Positions 56,458 to 64,000 of a DNA stretch of 64,000 nt are shown here, one piece after another. Origin of the DNA: Phycisphaeraceae bacterium (GTDB lineage Bacteria; Planctomycetota; Phycisphaerae; Phycisphaerales; Phycisphaeraceae); contig OY771506.1 of the NCBI GenBank assembly GCA_963674705.1, positions 4,011,453 to 4,075,452 on the forward strand. Reading direction: 5' to 3'. The notes under the pieces were generated by a model, which saw nothing but the letters and a program-made list of their open reading frames with translations, was not told the DNA's origin and did not search any database. A program made the translations under genes and the position numbers. How positions within the stretch are numbered: position 1 is the stretch's first letter; every line of letters begins with the position of its first letter.

Positions 56458-57552
56458 TCACAACGACGCCACAGGCATCAGTGGGCCGTCGTGTTTCATC
56501 AGCGATTCACATTGCGCTTTACCATCCAGCACACGCAGGACCAGGTCGTACTTGCGGCATTGGCCCGGCTTAAGTGTCGTGCCGGCAAGCGTACCGGGAT
56601 CGTTGTCTTTACCGAGTAGCGAGCCATAGAAAGGTTCGATCCCCGTGACGTAACTGCCGCTCGGGCTGAAGTGCTGCCAGTTCACAAAACGGGGCAACTG
56701 CTTTTTGACAAATTCCAGTTCAAGACCGATACGGCGTTTTGGATTGACTAAGCCGACGTGCACCTTGCCTTTCCGATCTGCGGGGGGATCGGCAAAGATG
56801 CAGTCTTCTTCAGCACCCGTGTGCATCGCGCCTGGGATACGTTTGAAACGGTTGAGTTTGGCTGCAGAAATCACCTTGTCGGTGAAAGGATACAGGGAGG
56901 CTTTACCCTTGTAGATCAGCTTGGCGCCCTCATCGAGCAGGGGGTAGCCGAGGTTCACGTGGTAGAGCCAGTTATGATCCACGACGGTATCGCCAAGGTT
57001 GATCACTTCGTCGTGGATGTGAATCTCAGGCACACCCAGCTTGCAGCGGATCATTCGACGCACCTCAAACACCGGGCCGAACATACGGCTTTCGCGCATC
57101 ACCATGGATATGGACATCGTATCCGTCCCGGTATGCGGATCGGGATTATCGATGGCGGTCACCGAAGCGGGCGTATTGGAATGTCGGCCGTGCAGGGGAA
57201 CCCAGTGCCCATCTTCAACCCGTGGCGCCCCCATGGTTTCGGGCCCACAGGTGGTCATCAGCCCACCGGGCCAGGCGCGGAGCCAGTCGTCGTCACGGTT
57301 ATTCCCGTGCGTTGGGGGACGGATACCGTTGGGCGTCCTGAACGCAAGGTTGGTGTTGTTGTAGGCCGCGTCGACGATGTCGCCGCCGCGTCCCAGTGCG
57401 ATCGTGAATCGCAAGCCGCAGCCTGTATCAACCAACGCCACCCTGCATCCCGGCCCGCCCCCGGCCTCCGGATAATCCAGCGTAGCGGTGCGGATCCCGC
57501 CAAGTTGCAGGGGATGTTCGTATCTGACTTCGCGTGATTTGGATCGTGCCAT
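56458..57552 (-). CDS. aldose 1-epimerase-family (DUF4432-like) protein
   Basis: WPGGLMTTCG..PLHGRHSNTPA and the general mutarotase-like beta-sandwich pattern are present. Confidence 0.7.
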   Translation of the reverse strand: MARSKSREVRYEHPLQLGGIRTATLDYPEAGGGPGCRVALVDTGCGLRFTIALGRGGDIVDAAYNNTNLAFRTPNGIRPPTHGNNRDDDWLRAWPGGLMTTCGPETMGAPRVEDGHWVPLHGRHSNTPASVTAIDNPDPHTGTDTMSISMVMRESRMFGPVFEVRRMIRCKLGVPEIHIHDEVINLGDTVVDHNWLYHVNLGYPLLDEGAKLIYKGKASLYPFTDKVISAAKLNRFKRIPGAMHTGAEEDCIFADPPADRKGKVHVGLVNPKRRIGLELEFVKKQLPRFVNWQHFSPSGSYVTGIEPFYGSLLGKDNDPGTLAGTTLKPGQCRKYDLVLRVLDGKAQCESLMKHDGPLMPVASL

Positions 57553-57602
57553 GTAATTAGCATATAGTCGAATAATATTCTTGCACGCCGGAGTAAACAG
57601 CT

Positions 57603-57830
57603 ATGCCGATTTATGAATATGAGTGTGGAAAATGCGGACACGTGACCGAAGTACTGCGTTCGATGAGCGAGGCGGACAAACCACAAGCCTGTGAGTCCTG
57701 TGGCAGCAAGAAAACACACCGCTGCCAGAGTGAATTTGCGGCAGGGGGAGCCAAGGCAAACGAATGCTCTTTGCCCGCTGGCCCGGGTGGTTGTGGTTGT
57801 TGCGGGTGCGGATCGTGCCCGCATCACTAG
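57603..57830 (+). CDS. FmdB-family zinc-ribbon putative regulatory protein
   Basis: MPIYEYECGKCGH...CESCGS is the CxxC_CxxC_SSSS pattern. The tail is Cys/Gly-rich (CGCCGCGSCPHH). Confidence 0.8.
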   Translation: MPIYEYECGKCGHVTEVLRSMSEADKPQACESCGSKKTHRCQSEFAAGGAKANECSLPAGPGGCGCCGCGSCPHH

Positions 57831-57921
57831 CCACTTGACCGGAACATGTACCTATCCGATCAAACCTTACGTATACAACCAACTCGGTAGCGTAAGAAGT
57901 CTATCAATACAGTTTGAAGCG

Positions 57922-57960
57922 CAAAGAAAAACCCGGCCGAGTGGTTTCGCTTAGCCGGGT
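57922..57960 (-). terminator. rho-independent terminator of the pnt operon
   Basis: On the minus strand, acccggc-loop-gccgggt is followed by TTTTTCTTT, starting 22 nt downstream of the pntB stop. Confidence 0.7.
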
Positions 57961-57981
57961 CGCACTAACATCCAAGTGATA

Positions 57982-59424
57982 TTACGTTTCGGCAAGTTCG
58001 TTGGTCAGTTCGGTAACGACCTTCTTGGCGTCGCCAAAGATCATGCCGGTATTATCATTGAAGAACAGTTCGTTCTGGATACCCGCGAAACCGGGGTTCA
58101 TCGACCGCTTGATGACGAAGACCTGACGGCTCTTGTCGACGTCGAGGATAGGCATGCCGTAGATCGGGCTGCCCTCATCGTGACGTGCGGCCGGGTTGAC
58201 CACGTCGTTGGCGCCGATGACCAGCGCGACGTCCGTCTGGTCGAATTCGGGGTTGATCTGGTCCAGGTCCAGCAACTGCTCGTACGGCACACCCGCTTCA
58301 GCCAGCAGCACGTTCATGTGGCCGGGCATACGGCCGGCAACGGGGTGGATCGCATACATGACCCGGATGCCACGCTTCTGTAATTCCTCCGCAAACTCCT
58401 TCACGGCGTGCTGCGCCTGCGCCACCGCCATGCCGTAGCCGGGCACGATCACGACCTGCTGGGCCGCGTCGAAGATGATCGCAGCATCTTCAGCCGTAAA
58501 GGCACGGGCCTCGCCCGTGATCTGCTTGCCACCCGTCACGACACCACCGACACCGCCGAACAGCACGTTCATCAGCGAGCGGTTCATGGCCTTACACATG
58601 ATGCTGGTGAGGATGATACCGCTGGCACCGACCAGTGAGCCGGTGATGATGAGCACGGCGTTGGAGAGCACGAACCCGGCCATCGCGGCGGCGATACCTG
58701 AATAGCTGTTCATGAGGGCGATGACGACGGGCATATCCGCACCGCCGATACCGATGACCAGCAACACACCGAGGACCAGTGAGAGCACGGTGATGATGAT
58801 GGGGATCCAGATCCATGTCGGCTCGGCGATCATGAGACCGCTGAGCCCTAGACCGGCAATAATCAGGAGGCTGATCAGTGCTTTACCGCCGACAAACTGC
58901 ACGGGCTTGTCGGGGGCCCACTTGGTGCCCTGGAGCTTGCCGTAGGCGATCAACGAGCCGGTGAAGGTCAGGCCGCCGACGAAGACGGTCAGCCCGATGG
59001 CCAATGCCGAATCCCAACTGATAGTGTCGATCAGGCGGAGGTTAGAATCCGACAGGGAAGGACGGATAAAGTCGAGGCTGTACTCACCGCAAGCAACCAG
59101 CAGTGATGCAAGTCCGCCGAAACCGTTGAGCAGGGCGACCATCTGCGGCATACCGGTCATCTGTACCTTGGTGGCCATGAGGAAACCGGCAATCGACCCG
59201 ATCACTAAGGCGATGGCAACCCAGATAAGGCTGATCACTTCACCGCCGCTGAGGAAGAAAAATGTGGCAACGGTTGCCAGGAGCATGCCCAGCGAAGAAA
59301 CCAAGTTGCCTCGCTTAGCGGTGGGTACTTTGCTGAGCATCTTCAGACCGAAGATGAACAGCACGGCGGCCAACAGGTAAACGAGATTCAGAGCGTCTAT
59401 TTTGGTAAAGGCTAAGGTGTGCAT
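57982..59424 (-). CDS. pntB: NAD(P) transhydrogenase subunit beta
   Basis: A multi-TM N-terminal half is followed by a dIII NADP(H) domain (VVIVPGYGMAVAQAQH, GRMPGHMNVLLAEA, ANDVVNPAA). Confidence 0.92.
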   Translation of the reverse strand: MHTLAFTKIDALNLVYLLAAVLFIFGLKMLSKVPTAKRGNLVSSLGMLLATVATFFFLSGGEVISLIWVAIALVIGSIAGFLMATKVQMTGMPQMVALLNGFGGLASLLVACGEYSLDFIRPSLSDSNLRLIDTISWDSALAIGLTVFVGGLTFTGSLIAYGKLQGTKWAPDKPVQFVGGKALISLLIIAGLGLSGLMIAEPTWIWIPIIITVLSLVLGVLLVIGIGGADMPVVIALMNSYSGIAAAMAGFVLSNAVLIITGSLVGASGIILTSIMCKAMNRSLMNVLFGGVGGVVTGGKQITGEARAFTAEDAAIIFDAAQQVVIVPGYGMAVAQAQHAVKEFAEELQKRGIRVMYAIHPVAGRMPGHMNVLLAEAGVPYEQLLDLDQINPEFDQTDVALVIGANDVVNPAARHDEGSPIYGMPILDVDKSRQVFVIKRSMNPGFAGIQNELFFNDNTGMIFGDAKKVVTELTNELAET

Positions 59425-59432
59425 AGCGATCC

Positions 59433-59717
59433 TTACTTATCCTTCTTGACAAACATGTCCAGCATGCGGTTGGTGACGACGTACCCGCCAACGACGTTGA
59501 TCGTGGCGAAAATGATCGCCAGGAAACCAAGGATCACACCAAAGGAACCGAGTGTGTCGCTGAACGAACACAAGAGGGCACCCACAATAGTGATACCACT
59601 GATCGCGTTTGATCCGCTCATCAGCGGAGTGTGCAACGTGGCAGGCACCTTGGTGATCACCTCAAACCCGATGAAGATCGCGAGCACGAAGATGATGAGA
59701 CTGGTTACAAAATCCAT
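59433..59717 (-). CDS. pntAB: NAD(P) transhydrogenase subunit alpha part 2 (membrane)
   Basis: 94 aa with three TM helices. HTPLMSGSNAISGI is conserved in PntA dII. Confidence 0.85.
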   Translation of the reverse strand: MDFVTSLIIFVLAIFIGFEVITKVPATLHTPLMSGSNAISGITIVGALLCSFSDTLGSFGVILGFLAIIFATINVVGGYVVTNRMLDMFVKKDK

Positions 59718-59750
59718 GGAAGTATTCCGTATCGTGTGTCTGGTTTAGAT

Positions 59751-60887
59751 TCAAAGTTCCTTGCGTACTTCGCCATTATGCGTAATCACGCCGCCGTCCT
59801 GAACTTCGTCTTCGAGATTAATTTTGAGCTGGCCTTCAACGATCAGGTCCTTGAGGAGGTTGAACACGTTGTTGGCGTAAGCCTGAGAAGCGTGGGTGGG
59901 GATCAGCGAAGGCAGGTTGAGTGTGCCCACGATGGTCACACCGTTGTCGGTGGTGACCACCTCGCCGGGCTTGGTCAACTCGCAGTTGCCCCGGCCGTGC
60001 TCGGGATTGGCGGCCAGGTCGACGATCACGCCACCGGGTGGCATCTTGTTGACCACATCTGCCGGGATCAGCATCGGCGGAGCCTTACCGAAGACCGCAG
60101 CGGTGGTCACCACCACGTCGGCGCCGACGATGTGCTTGGTCATCAATTCGGTCTGCTTGCGTTGCTGCTCTTCGCTCTGTTCCTTGGCATAACCGCCAGC
60201 GGTTTCTGCGTCGGTGGTTTCCATAGGCAACTCGACAAAGCGGGCGCCCAAGGATTGCACCTGCTCCTTCGTTGCGGGCCGTACATCGTAGGCTTCGACG
60301 ATCGCGCCCAATCGTTTGGCGGTGGCGATCGCCTGCAAGCCGGCGACGCCGACGCCGATGATGAATACCTTGGCCGGGGCAAGCGTGCCCGCGGCGGTGA
60401 TCATCATCGGGAACATCTTCGAGCAGTGGTCCGCACCGAGCAGCACTGCCTTGTACCCGCCGATGTTCGCCTGGCTGGACAATACGTCCATTGCCTGGGC
60501 ACGGCTGATACGCGGGATAAATTCCAGCGATACAGCGGTGACCTTACGGTCCGCCAGCTTACGCATCAGATCGGCGTTCTGGAACGGAGCGAGCATGCCG
60601 ACCAGCACGGACCCTTCCTTCATCTGCGCGATCTGTGATTCGCTTGGGGGATTGATCACTGTGACGACATCGGCCTCGGCCCAGATAGCTGCGGGGGCTT
60701 CGCCGTCACTCGGCACAACTGTAGCACCGGCATCGGTAAAGGCCTGATCGCGGATGTGGGCGCCATCGCCCGCACCGGATTCGACCACGACCTCGACTTC
60801 CATCCCGACAAGCTTCTTGACTACCTGTGCGGTCAGGGCAACACGGGTTTCGCCTTGCCCACTTTGTTTGGGAACTGATAGTTTCAT
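59751..60887 (-). CDS. pntAA: NAD(P) transhydrogenase subunit alpha part 1 (dI, alanine dehydrogenase-like)
   Basis: ETRVALTAQ, RISRAQAMDVLSSQ and the Rossmann motif VFIIGVGVAGLQAIATA are present. I prefer the ATG at 60887 (MKLSVPK). Confidence 0.9.
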   Translation of the reverse strand: MKLSVPKQSGQGETRVALTAQVVKKLVGMEVEVVVESGAGDGAHIRDQAFTDAGATVVPSDGEAPAAIWAEADVVTVINPPSESQIAQMKEGSVLVGMLAPFQNADLMRKLADRKVTAVSLEFIPRISRAQAMDVLSSQANIGGYKAVLLGADHCSKMFPMMITAAGTLAPAKVFIIGVGVAGLQAIATAKRLGAIVEAYDVRPATKEQVQSLGARFVELPMETTDAETAGGYAKEQSEEQQRKQTELMTKHIVGADVVVTTAAVFGKAPPMLIPADVVNKMPPGGVIVDLAANPEHGRGNCELTKPGEVVTTDNGVTIVGTLNLPSLIPTHASQAYANNVFNLLKDLIVEGQLKINLEDEVQDGGVITHNGEVRKEL

Positions 60888-60927
60888 GCGTTTTCCTGGA
60901 TGAGCTATCAAAAGATGGTGGGATATT

Positions 60928-60949
60928 ACAATCTTGTCACAATCTTGTC
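60928..60949. repeat. perfect tandem 11-bp direct repeat ACAATCTTGTC x2 in a divergent promoter region
   Basis: Read directly at 60928-60938 and 60939-60949, followed by ACA. It lies between pntAA (-) and yjbQ (+). Confidence 0.7.
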
Positions 60950-61004
60950 ACATATGGAAAACTAGAGCCGCCCAGAAATATTTAAGATCATTAGAATGCC
61001 AAAT

Positions 61005-61409
61005 ATGAGATTCACTAGTTTCCAAGTTCCCACCCACGATCGTGACCAGATGATAGAGGTGACTGGCACAATTCGCAAAATCGTCGCAGATTCCAGCGTA
61101 CAAAATGGCAGGGCAACGGTTTATGTCCCACACACGACCGCCGGTGTGACCATCAACGAAAACGCTGATCCGGACGTGGTTCACGACATGCTCAAGCAAC
61201 TGGATCTGATGGTGCCATGGTCGCAACCTTTCTACCGACACGCTGAAGGCAACAGCGCCTCACACGTCAAAGCATCAATGATGGGCTCGAGTGTGACCGT
61301 TCTGATTCAAGACGGTCGACTTGTGCTTGGTACGTGGCAGGGGGTATGGTTCTGTGAATTCGATGGCCCAAGGACGCGTAAAGTCCACGTGTGTCTCGAA
61401 GGTAGTTGA
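61005..61409 (+). CDS. yjbQ: YjbQ/UPF0047 family protein (secondary thiamine-phosphate synthase-like)
   Basis: VPHTTAGVTINENADPDV, HAEGNSASHVKASMMG and LGTWQGVWFCEFDGPR are hallmark UPF0047 motifs. Confidence 0.85.
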   Translation: MRFTSFQVPTHDRDQMIEVTGTIRKIVADSSVQNGRATVYVPHTTAGVTINENADPDVVHDMLKQLDLMVPWSQPFYRHAEGNSASHVKASMMGSSVTVLIQDGRLVLGTWQGVWFCEFDGPRTRKVHVCLEGS

Positions 61410-61577
61410 GAAATAGACCGTAGTTAGAATGTCAGCATCCTAAGATAGTCGAGAATCAATTTCTGAGTTAATCCACCAATTCACCAATCACCCGGCCCTT
61501 CGCTTCGCTCAGGTCCGGCGTTGGTAAAGAAACATCACAGAACCGATACCCGAACCACGAAAGACGAAAGACGAACC

Positions 61578-62030
61578 ATGCCCGATTACCCGCAAGTCCT
61601 GATGAGCACCAGCGAAGGCGATATCAAACTCGAACTCTGGAATGATGTTGCGCCCGGTCATACCGAAAACTTCCTCAAACTCATTGATGAGGGTTTTTAT
61701 GACGGATTAAGTTTCCACCGGATAATCCCCGGATTCATGATCCAAGGCGGCTGCCCGCTAGGTAACGGCACGGGTGGACCCGGCTGGCAGATCAAGGCTG
61801 AATTCAACGACCGCGAACACCAGCCCGGCGTGCTTTCCATGGCTCGAAGCCAGGACCCGGATTCTGCGGGTTCACAGTTTTTCATCTGTCTTACGCGTGA
61901 AAACTGTCAGCACCTTGATGGTCAATACACCGCTTTCGGCAAGGTACTCGAAGGCATGGATGTGGTTAAAAAAATCGGTCAATCCGCCAATGGTCCCGCG
62001 CCGGTAATGAAGAAAGTCGCCCGCGCATAA
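61578..62030 (+). CDS. ppiB: cyclophilin-type peptidyl-prolyl cis-trans isomerase
   Basis: FHRIIPGFMIQGGCP..GTGGPG..SMARS..DSAGSQFFI is the cyclophilin signature. I prefer the ATG at 61578. Confidence 0.9.
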   Translation: MPDYPQVLMSTSEGDIKLELWNDVAPGHTENFLKLIDEGFYDGLSFHRIIPGFMIQGGCPLGNGTGGPGWQIKAEFNDREHQPGVLSMARSQDPDSAGSQFFICLTRENCQHLDGQYTAFGKVLEGMDVVKKIGQSANGPAPVMKKVARA

Positions 62031-62090
62031 ATCAGGCAATTTGCTTGTGATCTTTGCGTGCAAAAATACCCTTATCCGACGGCATGATGA

Positions 62091-62131
62091 CTGAAAAAAC
62101 AAACCCCGCTGTCGCCGAAGCGACAACGGGG
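62091..62131 (-). terminator. rho-independent terminator downstream of the glucokinase gene (hairpin shared with convergent ppiB)
   Basis: Stem ccccgctgtcgc / gcgacaacgggg pairs at 11 of 12 positions, with loop cgaa. On the minus strand a TTTGTTTTTT tract follows. Confidence 0.75.
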
Positions 62132-62259
62132 CGGAGGGGAGAAAGCACGTTAATAGCTAGATACTCGACCTATAGAGATTCCAGTCTCCACTTTTTTAGT
62201 TGAAGAAGTCTCCAACTTCAAGCAGAAACATTACCCAGTTTACCAGATTGTGGATAACT

Positions 62260-63228
62260 CTAGTCTTTCTCCAGCCTTTGTTTAGCGAGCAATGCGGCTC
62301 CGATAATCCCGGCGTCATCGCCCAACTTACTCGCCACTATCTTACACTTAGAATGGCCCGGAGGGAAGACGTATTCTTCGTAAACTTCACGAATTAGCGT
62401 AATCCAGTCATTTTCCAAGGCCTCCGTGAGCCCACCGCCGACCACCACACAGGGTAAGCTCAGCAGGGTAACCACGTTGGCGATACTGACGCCTAGATAA
62501 TGGGCCGCCTGTCCGATAACTGAAACTGTCAGTTCATCGCCTTTTTTGAACGCCTCAGACAGGATTTTTGATCTCACCTTACTCATGTCACCCCCGGTCA
62601 GCTCTGTGATCATGCTGCTGTGGTTGGCCTCGATCAACTGCCCGAGCTGGTTGACGACGTTCCGCCTGCTCGCCAGGTCTTCCAGTGTTCGCTGGCCCAG
62701 CGGGGCGTCGCCACGGATGATGGTGTGGCCGATTTCGCCCGCGGTCATATTGACGCCGTGATAAAGATCGCCGTTGATAATTAATCCACCACCGATCCCT
62801 GTCCCCACAAAAATACCCAGCATGTCAGTAAAACCTTTGCCTGCTCCGGCTTTGTACTCACCCCAGGTCCCGACGTTCACATCGTTGTCAACGACTACGG
62901 GAATACCCAGTTCTTTCTTAAGTTCACTGGCTAATGGGAAGTCATTCCAGCGAAGATTCACCGCTTCGATCACAACACCTTGTTCGATGTTGATGGCACC
63001 GGGCGCACCAATGCCCAAAGCGGTGATGTCTTTCGTAGTGCATTCCGCTTTTTCACAAAGTGATTCCACTAATTTAGAGATGCGTTTGATGACGGCATCC
63101 TCGCCGCCTTCAGCTTTCGTCTTGACGCGGTCGTTGGCGATGACTTTGCCATCGCTGTCAACCACACCGCCTTGGATATTCGTGCCCCCAAGATCGATAC
63201 CGATGTAGGCCTTACCATTCTTGGCCAT
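62260..63228 (-). CDS. glk: ROK-family glucokinase
   Basis: YIGIDLGGTNIQGGVV is the ATPase phosphate-1 motif. GTGIGGGLI and GEIGH are also present. Confidence 0.85.
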   Translation of the reverse strand: MAKNGKAYIGIDLGGTNIQGGVVDSDGKVIANDRVKTKAEGGEDAVIKRISKLVESLCEKAECTTKDITALGIGAPGAINIEQGVVIEAVNLRWNDFPLASELKKELGIPVVVDNDVNVGTWGEYKAGAGKGFTDMLGIFVGTGIGGGLIINGDLYHGVNMTAGEIGHTIIRGDAPLGQRTLEDLASRRNVVNQLGQLIEANHSSMITELTGGDMSKVRSKILSEAFKKGDELTVSVIGQAAHYLGVSIANVVTLLSLPCVVVGGGLTEALENDWITLIREVYEEYVFPPGHSKCKIVASKLGDDAGIIGAALLAKQRLEKD

Positions 63229-63270
63229 CCTGTGTTTCCTCCATGCAATACTTCAGTGGGTGCGTCCTGC

Positions 63271-64000
63271 TTAAAGCGTCGGTCGAGCTTGATAGTACCC
63301 TGCGGCCGCCTCATATACACGGGCGACCTTCAGCAATCGCGATTCATCAAACGCCGCCCCCAATAGTTGAATCCCGACCGGCAGTTGCTTGCCATCGACT
63401 TCCGCGAATCCGCCCGGTAGGCTGATGCCGGCGATCCCGGCCAGGTTGCAGTTCACGGTATAAACGTCGTTGAGATACATCGCCAACGGATCGTCCGTCA
63501 GTTCCCCGATCTTGAACGCCGGGGCCGTAGTAGTCGGGCAGAGGATCGCGTCGCACTGTTTGAACGCAGCATCAAAATCGTTCTTGATCAGCCTGCGTAC
63601 TTTCAGCGCCCGGTTGTAATACGCATCGTAATACCCGCTGGATAGGGCGTACGTACCCAGCATAATCCGGCGTTTGACCTCGTCACCAAAACCTTCAGCC
63701 CGGCTTCGGCAATATAGATCGATCAAGTCTTCGGCCTTGTCCGTGCGGTGGCCGTAGTGCACGCCGTCATAACGGGCGAGGTTCGAGGATGCTTCGGCGG
63801 TCGCAACGATGTAATACACCGGGATCCCATATTCGGTGTGCGGCAGGCTGACCTCGACGACCTCAGCTCCCGCGTCCTTGTAGATCTGGATAGCCTTATC
63901 CATCGCGGCAGCGACGGCCGGGTCGTTGGAATCAGACAGATATTCCTTGGCGATCCCGATCCGGATGCGATCGGGCTTTTCATCCACACGGTCCAGGTCG
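63271..64000 (-). CDS. gatA: Glu-tRNA(Gln)/Asp-tRNA(Asn) amidotransferase subunit A; the N-terminal part is beyond the window end
   Basis: The C-terminal 240 aa or so match GatA (YYIVATAEASSNLARYDGV.YG.R, GDEVKRRIMLGTYALS, GLPVGIQLLG). The frame is open to position 64000. Confidence 0.9.
   Translation of the reverse strand, partial: DLDRVDEKPDRIRIGIAKEYLSDSNDPAVAAAMDKAIQIYKDAGAEVVEVSLPHTEYGIPVYYIVATAEASSNLARYDGVHYGHRTDKAEDLIDLYCRSRAEGFGDEVKRRIMLGTYALSSGYYDAYYNRALKVRRLIKNDFDAAFKQCDAILCPTTTAPAFKIGELTDDPLAMYLNDVYTVNCNLAGIAGISLPGGFAEVDGKQLPVGIQLLGAAFDESRLLKVARVYEAAAGYYQARPTL

Noticed and set aside
59631-60638. 335-aa plus-strand ORF opposite pntAA
   Set aside because: It lies antisense to a motif-rich transhydrogenase dI gene and has a His/Arg/Gly/Asp-rich composition typical of shadows. 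The same reasoning rejects 31678-32487 (opposite gyrA), 41273-41941 and 40811-41263 (opposite degT), 56758-57537 (opposite the DUF4432-like gene), and 145-1455 (opposite cysS).
61489-61577. Low-complexity leader of ppiB (cacccggcccttcgcttcgctcaggtccggcg and acgaaagacgaaagacgaac) as another palindromic element
   Set aside because: It resembles the short GC-rich words seen in the 6.3-11.4 kb elements, but the two halves are not convincingly complementary. I found no nested hairpin. It may simply be a degenerate fragment.

Overview
64-kb chromosomal window, roughly 57% GC by eye. It reads like a Planctomycetota/PVC-type genome: LL-DAP aminotransferase DapL, PEP-CTERM proteins with dockerin-like repeats, many HEAT, zinc-ribbon and coiled-coil hypotheticals, and housekeeping genes scattered with little operon structure. 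All calls come from reading translations and motifs; no searches were run. I support about 58 protein-coding genes. Housekeeping calls include cysS (partial), ybeY, dapL, rpoZ, coaC, pheT, rhlE, fliM, ridA, gyrA, ychF, hisC, hisB, pgi, dus, glmS, pntAA/pntAB/pntB, yjbQ, ppiB, a ROK glucokinase and gatA (partial). Many ORF-track starts are GTG/TTG extensions, so I give trimmed starts where an internal ATG fits better. I recognised no rRNA, tRNA, CRISPR array, transposase or integrase. The points most worth a second look are these. (1) A low-GC accessory patch at 16.9-22.8 kb holds a stand-alone ATP-grasp ligase preceded by an unannotated 45-codon ORF coupled to it by an ATGA overlap, which makes a candidate peptide/ligase pair. 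The patch also holds tandem PEP-CTERM/dockerin paralogs. (2) A 90-bp, 80%-identical, frame-preserving copy of the fliM 3-prime end lies 784 bp downstream of the real one. The two copies bracket a low-GC single-gene insert, which looks like an att-type integration scar. (3) Four modular nested palindromic intergenic elements cluster at 6.3-11.4 kb and bracket two single accessory genes. (4) A 736-bp non-coding gap upstream of ychF is packed with RTCCGCMC boxes and a 10-bp-phased repeat run. (5) A co-directional envelope-type gene cluster at 24.7-30.4 kb includes a membrane-anchored coiled-coil protein with a BRCT-like C-terminus. Every functional interpretation of these five is inference and needs database or experimental confirmation.
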